64,000 nt of DNA from Octopus sinensis (lineage: Eukaryota). The notes beneath the pieces are model-generated. The model was not told the origin of the DNA. It saw only the letters and a program-made list of their open reading frames with translations, and ran no database searches. The translations under genes were made by a program, and so were the position numbers. Below are positions 12,466 to 24,154 of this stretch, in pieces (the first letter of the stretch is position 1; every line of letters starts with the position of its first letter). The DNA lies in the NCBI RefSeq assembly GCF_006345805.1, contig NC_042998.1, positions 52,390,001 through 52,454,000 of the forward strand. Direction: 5' to 3'.

Positions 12466-13274
12466 CTGAATACATGTAATTAGTGAAGTTAAATTCAATA
12501 TTCCAAGTACATTTAAGGCGGCTAGCTGACAGAATTGTTAGAATGCTTAGTGGAATTTCATTCGACTTTACATTCTGAGTTCAAATTCCACTGAGGTTGC
12601 TTTACCTTTCATCCTTTTGAAGTCAATAAAATAAGTAGCAGTTAAGCACTGGGGTCAATGTAATTGACTTACTCCCTCTCCCAAACTTACTAGCCTTGTG
12701 CCAAAATTTGAAACCAATATTAAAAGTACATTCCTCTCTTGTAGGAGAGAAATTGCACTTTTATTATTGAACATTTCTAATGCTTCCTTGATAAACCTGT
12801 TTATCCACTTATTTCATAAGAACGAGCACATTCTGAAGTAGAGATATATTCATTTCAAAAGTGTCCTTGAATCTACAAATACTAATAGTGCATTCATTGC
12901 AACAAATCTCTAGATGACTTACTAGTGACACCCCTTCTCCTATAAGCTACTTTATTAGTGACCCCACTCTTCCCCTATATTGATATTCTTACACTTGCTG
13001 TTATCAGGTTATATTATAGACTGATTGAAACAATCTTCAAGATTCTAGTGAGAAAAGTCAATGACTTGATAAGAGTAGAACTGAAGAGTTTCATCTGCAA
13101 AGTGTTTTCCCTTCTTCTTTGTCATCTAAGCTTTCAAAGCATTTCAGTTTGGAGGCCTGGTAATCTGATAGACTTTTTATTCTTCTGTTAAAGTTTCCAG
13201 AACATTTAATCTTCTTTATATTGGTTCTTCATCTTTGATCCAACACTGTTGCAAATATATTTATTTTTTATTTA

Positions 13275-13750
13275 TTTTTTACTTGTTTCGGTCATTTGAC
13301 CTGGCCATGCTGGGGCACCATATTAAAGGGTTTAGTTGAACAAATCAGACCCAGAATTATTTTTTAAAAATCTAGTACTTATTCTGTTAATCTCTTTTAC
13401 CGAGCTCCTAAGTTACAAGGATGTAAACACACCAACACCAGCTGTCAAGTGATGGTAGAGGGACAAACACATACACACATAAATATAAACATATATATTT
13501 ATATATATACACATATACACTTGACAACACCAGTTGTCAAGTGGTGTTGGTGGACAAGTACAGAGACACACACACACACACGCACACTTATATATGGCAA
13601 GCTTCTTTTAGATTCATCTAGCAAATCCATTCACAAGGCTTTGGTTGGCCTGAAACAATAATAGAAGACCCTTGCTCAAAGTACCATGCAGTGAGACTGA
13701 ACTCAGAACCCTGTGAATGGGAAGCAAACTTCTTACCACACAGCCACACC
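13275..13750 (-). mobile_element. SINE family B (head GGAGTGGCTGTGTGGTAAG, CORE-like GGCACCTTGGGCAAGTG, internal (TG/TA)n, tail ..GACTGAAACAAGTAAAAGAG)
   Basis: Near-complete copy at 63505-63902(+); others at about 9355-9620, 21080-21495, 22005-22550, 25445-25830, 27810-28180, 28425-28850, 30270-30685, 33555-33970, 34295-34690, 39262-39890 (two), 42800-43190, 45300-45705, 47390-47778, 59520-60045, 61645-61980. Confidence 0.85.
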
Positions 13751-14351
13751 TGCTACATTCATGAAAAATATATATGCCATATCTTTAGATATGAACTATA
13801 GACATAAGAGTCATAACTTGTTTTTTTAATGTCTTGCAGTACTTGGTGACCCTGTCAGTGCAGGTGTCACTTAAAAGCACCCAGTTCACACTGTAAAGTG
13901 GTTGGTGTTTTAGAAGATCATCCAGCTGTAAAAACCTTGTCAAAACTGACCACACCTGTGCTTGTGTCTCTTAAAAAGCACTACTCACCTCACCTGAGCT
14001 TATGCCATGAAAAAAGAACTAAGTACTGACCACACCTGTGCTTGTGTCTCTTAAAAAGCACTACTCACCTCACCTGAGCTTATGCCATGAAAAAAGAACT
14101 AAGTACACTCTACTAAGTGGTTTGTGTTAGGAAGGGCATCCTGGCTGGTTCTTGTGTTAGGAAGGGCATCCTGGCCAGCTCTTGTGGTACCATACCACCC
14201 ATGCTAGCATGGAAGATGGATGTTAAACGATGTTGATGTTGATGATGATGATGATGATGATGAGAGAATATAATAGAAACAATATTAAACAAAGCCAAAA
14301 TTCAAAGATGGCATTTATCATTCTTACTTTTGCATTTACTTTAAGTTAATA

Positions 14352-15611
14352 TTAGATTGTTTCACATGAAATGTCATATTTGAAAGGTAACAATAAAATA
14401 TTTCAGAAGTGTTAGAGAACTGATTTATTTAATCAAAGTATGATCCTTGTTCATTTATGACGTTTACCTAACGTTTATCTATGTCATATATTCCATCTTT
14501 TAAAAAAAAATTCACCTTTTTCCTGTGATAAAGTGTCCAAATGCTTCAATTACCTCTTCTCTATTTAAGAATGTTTATTACTTATGAAAAGCTCAAAATG
14601 CTTAAATAAGTGATGATCAGTAGGAGAGATATCAGGGGAATAAGGAGGATGTTGCAAAATCTCATAATTTAGGCTTTGCAACTTTTGGACCTTAAGCTTG
14701 AGGAGTGTGAGGATGGGCATTGTCATGTGGCAAAATTGGACCATCTCTATTCACTAGTCTGGGTTGCTTCTTTTTCAAATTCTCATGCATTCAATTAATT
14801 TCCTGGCAATACGATGTTGTTGTTACCGTTTTTCCTCGTTGCAAAAATGAATAATGAATAACTCCCTTTGCAGACCCCCATACAGTGACCACTAAATTTT
14901 TAGGGTGCAATGGTGGGTTTGGGTAGATTTTAGGTGATTCTTCTGCATTTAATCGCTGTCCTGTTCTTCTTCTCCTGTTGTCAAAGAGTATTTATTTCTC
15001 ATCACAAGTAATGATTAGAAGCAAAAATGGTCTTTTTCCAGTTGAGAAAGCAATAAGGAATACACTTCGAGGTGTCTGTTTTTTTTAATCTCGTTCAGTT
15101 GATATGGAACAAACCTATCCGTTTTCTTAACTTTTCCAATTTTTTACAGGTGTCCAAAATCAGTTGTGCGAGATGTTTGGAGTTCTGATGAAAGTTTTCA
15201 AACCTTTGTTCTTGCATTTTGTTCAACCAAAGCATTTAATCCATCATGCCGAATAACTGATTGTGGCTTACCTCTTGGTTTATTTTCAAGGCTATCATCT
15301 CCTGAACGAGAGCTTTGGAACCATCTCTGAACAGTTCTGATGTCAACAAAACCATTACCAAAGATCCACTTGATATTCCATAGAGCATAGATATTCCATA
15401 GAGTGACCCAGCTTGTACTCATACAAGAAAATCACTCCACATAGTTTGGTTGTTTTCATTTTCATAAGGTCTGTGGGTACAAATTTTGTGTACCAATATT
15501 GTTGAGATAGAAAAAGAGTCAAGATTAACTGCAAAGTATACATAATTGAGTCTTTAAATGACTGAAATGACAAGTAATTAAAAATGCAGCATTTCATGTG
15601 AAACAACCTAA
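14352..15611 (-). mobile_element. Full-length decayed mariner transposon
   Basis: TIR TTAG(A/G)TTGTTTCACATGAAATG at both ends, each flanked by TA; transposase remnants RTVQRWFQ..RSGDDSLENKPRG and HPPYSPDISPTDHHLF; multiple stops and frameshifts. Confidence 0.85.
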
Positions 15612-17006
15612 TATTTAAACAAGTCAAGGTGGCAAGCTGGCAGAAACATTAGCAAGCTAGGTGAAATGATTGGCGGTATTTCATCTGTCTTTATGTTCTA
15701 AGTTCAAATTCTGCTGAGATCGACTTTGCCTTTTGGGGTCGATAAATTAAGTACCAGTTTGCCTTTCAGAGTTGATAAATTAAGTACTAGTTGCATACTG
15801 GGATTGATCTAATCAATTGGTCCCCTCCCCAAAACTTTCAGGCCTTGTACCTTGAGTAGAAAAGAATATTTAGACAAGTCAAGGTGGTGAGCTGACAAAA
15901 TTGTTAACATGCTGGGCAAAATGTTTAGCTGCCTTTTGTCAGTCTTTACATTCTGAGTTCAAATTTGCGGTCAACACTGCGGTTGATTTAATCAACTTAT
16001 CCTTTCACCAAAATTGCTGGCCTTGTACCAAAATTTGAAACCAATATTTAGACAAGTCATGGGTAAGCTACAACCTTGCAAAGCTTTCTGAATCTCACAA
16101 TTTCATGAAGGATATAACGTTTTATCATAATTTTTCACAGTATGGCAAGCCTGATGATGAAGCATGTCTCATGTCACCCACTTCTTGAAAAAGATTGTTC
16201 ATGCTTAATTTAACTCTATAGTATATAAACCAGCCATATCTGGCCAAAATATTCTACCTGTTTGATCTTCAAACTGGTCAGATTCAGCCTCTCACACCTA
16301 CCCTACAGTATAATTTTAAAATTAAACAACCACATTATTGAAATCTCAAAGCCATGAAATAATGCATGAATAAAGCTGGTCCTCAAAATAAAGTTGGACC
16401 TCTTCCTGTTAGGTGTCCTAGATGAACCAACTTCGCGGCAGGAAAGGCAGATGAGGGCAGCTGCATCAAACTCTCTTATGCACCAAATGTCAATAGCTAA
16501 AAAGCATTCATGAAGTAAAATTATGTAGCAACACCAAATGGCGGTGCCCCAGCATGGCCACAGCTCATGAGCTGAAACTAGATGAAATGAAAAAAGAAAA
16601 TGAAAAAGATTTATTTAAAATGATGGGAATAAATAAACTTCACATTTGATAGAGTAATCTGAATGTGAAAGGGTAAAACCACAAAACATTTGACAAGTTT
16701 ATTTGCCAGCATAATGTGGCAGTCCTGGTTGGGATGAATGTTACTGTTGTTTAGCTCCAGGAAACATAGTCACCAGTTGGCTATACAACACACTATCTGT
16801 GTTCTTGGGGCTAAATAACAGTAACATTCATCTCAATCTGGACTTCCACATTCTGTTGGCAAATAACCATTACTTTAGAGTAGAGTTACTGAATGTCTCA
16901 TTGAGAGATTTTAAAATAATAATTTTTCTATTTATTTGAAAAGTTCCTATATTCAGTTGAAAATATGATCATTATTGTTATTCAGATATTTTTGTTTCCT
17001 CTCAAC

Positions 17007-17284
17007 CAGAGGTCAGCAACTTCTTTTTGTAGTAACCAGTGGTTTATGTATATATTATATATCTTACATTCAAAAATATCCTTGTGAGTCCTCCTATCCA
17101 CAATTTTCTGTCCCTAAGCAAAATATTGAACAGATCATAACATGAAAGACTGTCTAAAAGCCAACAATTGCTCAAACAGCTCACAAATACATTAACTTTG
17201 GAAAAGTTTAAGGAAAGGTCTGTGACCCATAGTATCCATAGTGGCACACCTGAAGGGCTGCAACTCACCTGTTGCTAACTTCTG
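17007..17284. mobile_element. hAT-type MITE
   Basis: CAGAGGTCAGCAAC..GTTGCTAACTTCTG (12/14 inverted); flanking 8-mers CTCTCAAC/CTTTAAAC match at 6 of 8. Confidence 0.55.
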
Positions 17285-17469
17285 CTTTAAACAATAAATA
17301 TTTGAAAAGAAAAGTGAATATGTTAAGAGTTTAAAGAAAATATAATAGCAAAGTGAAAAAAATTCTTAATCTGATGTGTTTTTACTTCATTTCACAGCAG
17401 ACACAATGTTCCATATATATATATGTGTGTGTGTGTGCACGCACGTGCGTGCGCGTGTGTGTGTGTTTG

Positions 17470-17506
<37 letters not shown>

Positions 17507-17507
17507 G

Positions 17508-17548
<41 letters not shown>

Positions 17549-17982
17549 CAAAATATGAGTTAGAGGTTATTCAACCATCTAAGGAATAGATGTATCCGTA
17601 GACACTACTGGTATATTACCTCACTATGTATACTCCTAGCTATAAGGTATACAGTAGTTTGTAATTTAAAGGTAAAACCATGGTTTAAAATATATTTTCC
17701 TTTCTATACATACATACATACACACACATACATATATATATGTATGTATACATATATATATATACATACACATATATATATATATATATATATATAATAA
17801 TAAATATTAGGGAATAAATCCAAATTTACAGGGAAAAATCAGATTTAGGATTGAATCCAATTTTATAGTAAAATATTATATAATATTAATTAGAGACAAA
17901 ACCACTATTATGCAAATCAAACAAAGAAAGACTTAATCCAATACATAAAAATTTTTATATAAATTAAATAAAATTAAGTTAT

Positions 17983-18028
17983 CCACTACAATTGTTTCTT
18001 GCCACTTCTAAGGACATTCATCAGGTGG
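17983..18028 (-). ncRNA. Mirror copy of hammerhead family 1
   Basis: Reverse complement of 18068-18113 with one A-to-G change giving a U-G pair in stem II. Confidence 0.72.
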
Positions 18029-18067
18029 TTTTCAGACCTTCTATTCAATTTTAAATTAGTCTGAAAA

Positions 18068-18113
18068 CCACCTGATGAATGTCCTTAGAAGTGACAAGAA
18101 ACAATTGTAGTGG
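18068..18113 (+). ncRNA. Minimal type-I hammerhead ribozyme motif (family 1)
   Basis: CCAC-CUGAUGA-AUGUC-CUUAGAAGU-GACAA-GAAAC-AAUU-GUA-GUGG: stem I CCAC/GUGG, stem II UGUC/GACA, palindromic stem III ACAAUUGU, cleavage triplet GUA. Confidence 0.75.
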
Positions 18114-19518
18114 ATAACTTAATTTTATTTAATTTATATAAAAATTTTTATGTATTGGATTAAGTCTTTCTTTGTTTGATTTGCATAATAGTGGTTTTAT
18201 CTCTAATTAATATTATATATATATGTATATATATGTACATGTATCTATATATATGTATGTATATGTATGTGTATATATATATATATATATAATATATATA
18301 TATATATTATATATATATAAAAATTGTTATACACACACACACACACATACACATATACACATATATAAATTTTTGCAAAAAGAATGAAAAGTGTCTACAT
18401 TTTATACTCTAGTTACTGCTGACATAGGTTTAGGTTCAATGATTTAAATTGCATGTTTCTTGTTATCTGTTCTAAGTGCCAGTTGTGCTGTATGTTGTTG
18501 TTGTTGTTTTGTTAATGATGGTGGTGGTGGTGGTGACTAAAAAAAAATTGACTCCTAAATAAAATAGATCTATTTCAAGGAAGTTGTTGAAGTGATAACA
18601 TAACTATTACTCATTGCTGAGTTGAAAATGTCAATAGTAGATCCAGTTTCAGCTGGTAGAACTTGTTTGAGAAAAGCAGTTGTCAAAAATAATTTGTACC
18701 TGTGACATTTGTTGATACACAACCAATTAAAGTGACAAGCTGACAGAATTGTTACCATGCATATCGTCTGGCTTTATGTTCCAAGTTCAAATCTTGCTAA
18801 GGTTGACTTTGCCTTTCATCCTTTGGGGGGGGGGGGTCAATAAAATAAGTACCAGTTGAGTGCTGGAGGTCAATCTAAGCAATTTACATCTTCCCCCTCC
18901 CCCAAAATTGCTGGCTTTGTGCCAGTATTTGAACTCAATATTATACAGCCAGCTTTTTAAGTTTAACTTTTACTTTATCAAGCAAGGAAACTGTCCTAGC
19001 AAAAATCTTGGGAATGATGGCTCAGTACCCAGTAAAGTGGAGACATTTAATAATCCAACGTACAAATTTCAAAAACATAGATCATAATAATTATAAAGGA
19101 TTGAGCTGATAATAAACAAAAAAAAGCCATTTTGAGAAATGATTAAACTTTTGTACGAAAGTTCAGTGTCATTCTTATCATATAACAGAAATGATAATAA
19201 AGTAAATGAAACCAGACACTACAAAGGTAGGTCATTTTTGGCCAGCATGTGGCTTGATTGCAAGAACAATATTTGGTAATGATGTTGAACATAACATTGG
19301 TAAAATGATGTATATAGTCATATAATCTGCAGAATAATAATGGAAATGTCTTCTAGCACTGAGGAGCATAGTTCTTTTGATGTAAAGAAAATGAATTTTA
19401 TTTTAAAAAGGTTTCACTATAAAACACAACTACTAGCATTCATTTCATTGAACTGAATTATAAACAATTTTTTATCCTGCCAAGAGCTTCCAGAAAATAA
19501 CAGAGGTAAAGATATTAT

Positions 19519-20505
19519 TGAAATTACACTTGCGCTCCATACTTTCTTTAACAGGAGAAAAGTGGTCCTTGCCTTACTTATTCTCGACTTAATATCTTCG
19601 TCGGTGCCGCCTGAAAACGTTATCTTACTACTTAAATACATAAACTCGGCTACATCCTCTAGTTCACCAGTTTCTAGTTTAATAGGTTCGCTGTTTTCTT
19701 CATTAATGCACATAATTTTTGATTTGTCGCAGTTTGGTAGCTATTGCTTCTAATTTTGACATTTTATTTTGCATTTGGCTATATGTTTGTGAAAGTAGCG
19801 CTATATCATCTGCAAAGTCGAAATCTTCTAGAGCCTCCACATCCGTCCATTCAATGCCTGCTTGGCTTTCAATCATAGTTTCCTTCATAATCCAATCTAT
19901 AACTAGTAGAAATAAAAAGGGAGAAAGTATACAGCCCTGTTGAACTCCTGTTTTTACTTCAAATTTATCCATAGCTCCATTTCCATGCAAGACTCGGCAT
20001 GACATTCCTTGGTAAGTTGCTCTTATTACAGATATGTACTTGTCTGGTATGCTGTAAAAGCAGTGTTATTGTATGGGGCTGAGACATGGTGAACAACAGT
20101 TAAGTTAAATAAGGAAATACAATCATTCATCAACAGATGCTTGCGTAGTATACTTAAAATTAGATGGCCCGAACACATAAGCAATATGGAGTTATAGCAA
20201 AGAACAAATCAAGTTTCGATTAGGGAGCAAATATTTCAGAAAAAGTGGAAGTGGATTGGTAGCACAATTAGAAAAGACACACCAAATGTAGCAAAAAGTG
20301 CTTTACAGTGGAAACCGGATGGTTATAGGAGGGGTAGGCCTAAGAACTCGTGGCAGAGATCAACACAAAAGGAACTAGAGAAAGGGGGACATTCATGGCA
20401 GAGTATATGAACAAAAGCCAAAAATTATACGACATGGAATTCAACTATAAGTGGCCTATACTCCGCATAGGAGGCTTAAAGGCACAAAGAAGAAGAAAGA
20501 AGAAG
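19519..20505. mobile_element. RTE-clade LINE insertion with 5' inversion
   Basis: Minus part 20055-19519 encodes GVQQGCILSPFLF..DFADDIALL..EFMYLSS; plus part from 20053 continues VKAVLLYGAETW..KWIG..GRPKNSW to an (AAG)n tail; TSD AAAGATATTAT at 19508-19518 and 20506-20516. Confidence 0.85.
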
Positions 20506-21659
20506 AAAGATATTATACATTCAATATTCTAATTACATATTTTTAATTAAAGAATTTATAAATCATGTCTCATTCTTCAAGTATATATATATTAAGGTGG
20601 CAAGCTGGCAGAATCGTTAGCACACCAAGCAAAATGCTTAGTGGAATTTCATCTGTCTTTATGTTGTGAATTCAAGTTCCACTGAGGTGGACTTTACCTT
20701 TCATCTTTAGAGGTCCATAAAATAAATACCAGTCACGTAGTGGAGTCGATATGATTGACTATACACCTTCCCACAAATTCTAGGCCTTGTGCCTATAGTA
20801 GAAAAGATTATTATTATTATTAAGGCAGCAAGCTGGCAAAATCATTAGCATACTGGACAAAATGCTTAGCAGCACTTACTTTCTGAGTTCAAATTCTGCT
20901 GTGGTTGACTTTGCCTTTCATCCTTTTGGGGTCAATAAATTATGTACCAGTTGAGTACTGGGTCAATGTAATCAACTTACCCTCCCACCCATGAACTTTC
21001 TGGTCTTGTGCCAAAATTTGGAAAAGACCATTATTTAAATATATATATATATATTACAGGTAGTAGAACGCATACTCTTATACTAGTTTCAGGCATTTGA
21101 CTGTGGCCATGCTGGAGCACCACCATTAGTCGATTTGCAAATCAACCCCAGGACTAATTCTTTGTAAGCCTAGTACTTATTCTATCGGTCTCTTTTGCCG
21201 AACCACTAAGTTATGGGGACCTAAACACACCAGCATCGGTTGTCAAGCAATGGCAGGGTGACAAACATATACACACACATACATATATATATATATATAC
21301 ATAAATATATATATATATATATATATATGCATATATACGACGGGCTTCTTTCAGTTTTCGTCTACCAAATCCACTCACAAGGTTTCGGTTGGCCCGAGGC
21401 TATAGTAGAAGACACTTGCCCAAGGTGCCATGTAGTGGGACTGAACCCGGAACCATATGGTTGGTAAGCAAGCTACTTACCACACAGCCACTCCTATGCC
21501 TATCATGAAAATTTTTGTTAAAAAGAAACCGGGTCTACTATCTGAATATTCAACTTGGCAATGTGTAATACAAAAGCTGAATAATCATTGATTCTTATAT
21601 AAGATGGATCTTATTAGAGCAAAAAAAAAAACAGAACTTGACACTGAGGTGAGATCCAG

Positions 21660-21960
21660 TATGAGTAACATCCAGTTTTACTACCAGTTAAATCAAGATA
21701 CCCGAAATGACAGTTTTTCAAACAGCTTTGTAAAACAATAGCTTTTCATGATGAATGCTCGATTTTTACATAACATAAGTAAGGCAGCTGTCTATGGAGA
21801 AAGTGTTTGTTCATATTTATGAGTTGGAAGAAAAACAGAAAGTAGTTTTTACAACTCTAAAGAAATGAGAATATTTATGGTTATTTCATGTACCAAGCTT
21901 GTTCACTTGGCAAAGATATTTGGACTGTTAAACAAACAGAATGTGCACCAATATTTTATG
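21660..21960 (+). mobile_element. Decayed hAT (Buster/Charlie-type) transposase fragment
   Basis: KSRYPK*QFFKQLC..VRQLSMEKVFVHIYELEE..IFGLLNKQN resembles KSR..SRLF..LC / VRWLS.GKVL.R.YEL / DIF..LN.LN motifs. Confidence 0.5.
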
Positions 21961-22974
21961 GAAAAAATAGAAACATATTTACAGTTAAGATATTAGGTAC
22001 AGACATGGGCTGTGCGGCAAGAAGTTAGCTTCCGAACCACATGGTTCTGGGTTCAGTCCTACTGTGTGGTACCTTAGGCAAGTGTTTTCTACTATAGCAC
22101 TGGGCTATATGGAAACTGAAAGAAGCCTATTGTATATAAATATATATATATATTAAAAAACCAATATAAACAGCTAAGCACATTGTGATACTATAGAAGA
22201 AAAATTCAATTGTTACTAAGTGTGACTAAGGGTGGTGCTGTAACACTACAACATTAAGAGTATTTTAACTCTTATTTCTAGCAATGTAGGTGCGTAGGCA
22301 CTCTTAGTCACGTATAGTAATGAAAGAAATATATGTCTATGTGTGTGTGTCTTCGTATCTGTGTTTGTATCCCACCATTGCTTGACAACAGGTGTTGGTG
22401 TGTTTACATCCCAATAACTTAGCAGTTCAGCAAAAGAACCCAAAAGAATAAGTACAAAGTTTTAAAAAATAAGTACTGGGATCAATTCATTCAACTAAAA
22501 ATTTAAGAAGGTGCCCCAGCATGGTCACAGTCTAATGACTGAAAAAAGTATTATATATATGTATATTTATATATAAACCATAAAAAGTCACGTGCTTTGA
22601 GAGGTGAATATATTTATCTAACCACTTGACACCCTTAGGGCTACAGCTGTTTCGCAGCCTTCTTCATGTTACAGTAATTTCAGTGTTTAATAAATTATTT
22701 CATTGATTGGATCTCATAGATTTCAGTGGCATAGAACTTCACACTATACTCCCCCATCGGGTGGTATTTGTAAATGGGCATCATTGCCATGTGAGTGGTG
22801 TCTTCCATTTCCAATCTTCTGTGAAAACAGGTTTGGTCATGGGGAACTATTATCTTATGTGGAAAGAGTTGAGCGCCGGATCTTAGGTGACAGGAAGGGC
22901 ATCCAGCCATAGCAATTCTGTCTCAACTAAAATTCCAGCAGACATGTGTGAGCATGGAGAAGTGTATGTAAAAA

Positions 22975-23520
22975 CGATGATGATGGCAGTGATGATGACA
23001 ATGACAATGATAGCAGCAATGATGATGATGATGATGATGGAAATGATGTTGTTGATGACAATGAGGATGATGATGACAATGATGTTGATGATGATAATAA
23101 TGATGATGATGTTGATGATGACGATGATGATGATGTTCATGCTGACAATGATATTGATGATGACAACAACATAATGATGATGATGATGATGATGATGATG
23201 GCAATGATGTTGATGATGACGATGTCGATGATGATGATGATAATGATGATTACAATGACGACAACGATAGTGATAATGATGACAATGATGTTGATGATGA
23301 TGATGATGATGATTATGATGATAATATTGCCGCTGCCACCACCGATGATGATGATGATGATGATGATGGAGATGATGATGATGACGATGATGATAGTGCC
23401 GTTGCCACCACCGATAATGATGTTGATGATTATGATGATAATAGTGCTGCTGCCACCACCGATGATGATGATGATGATGATAGGTGCTGCTACTGCTGCC
23501 AACGATGATGATGATGATAT
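22975..23520. repeat. (GAT)n degenerate trinucleotide microsatellite
   Basis: Direct reading. Confidence 0.95.
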
Positions 23521-23985
23521 TCACATTCAAAGAGTAACCATCAGATTTTAAAGAGAATGAAGCTACACAATTTTGACGTACTTCTTTTGGTGCAGCAGCT
23601 AAGGTATATACTTTTGTTGTCCTTGCAACAACGAAGAATCTTGAAACACTCACTGACAAGATCGAACATTAATTTACATTGCTAATTACAAAATATTTCA
23701 AATTGATAAGAAACCTTTTCAAGTTTCTTTCATCTGCTTTAGATTTGGTGGTGACTGGAAAGGAACAACTGAAATGGCTCCTTAAATGTAGCGAATGATT
23801 TCCATTACCCAGGCAACTTAGTCAGTGATGTGAGTGGATGCAGTGAGAGTATAGCAGTTTGGGACAGAAGCTACTTGAGAAGCTTATTACATCTGTCGGA
23901 AACAAATAGTATCTATCAATCTATCTGTCTGTGTGTCTGTCTGCTTACCTGCTTGACTGCCAGCCTGTCTGTCTGTCTGTCAGTC

Positions 23986-24027
<42 letters not shown>

Positions 24028-24121
24028 TCTGTCTGTCTGTCTGTCTATCTATCTAAGTATCTATCTATACACCTACCTTCTCTGTCTGTCTATATCTGTA
24101 TATTTCTCTCTCTTTTCTTTC

Positions 24122-24154
<33 letters not shown>

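Larger units (their letters stand above)
17877..18219. repeat. Fold-back element: 161-bp near-perfect arms around a 21-nt loop, between (TA)n tracts
   Basis: Arms 17877-18037 and 18059-18219; two mismatches seen. Confidence 0.92.

Noticed and set aside
12958-13250. 77-aa plus-strand ORF and exon-like minus-strand segment
   Set aside because: Minus frames contain stops; no recognisable motif or convincing splice pair
13945-14104. 80-bp exact tandem duplication
   Set aside because: Small local duplication inside a decayed repeat; no further structure
22883-23659. Poly-His, poly-Met and poly-Ile ORFs
   Set aside because: Frames of a (GAT)n repeat; no start context or splice support
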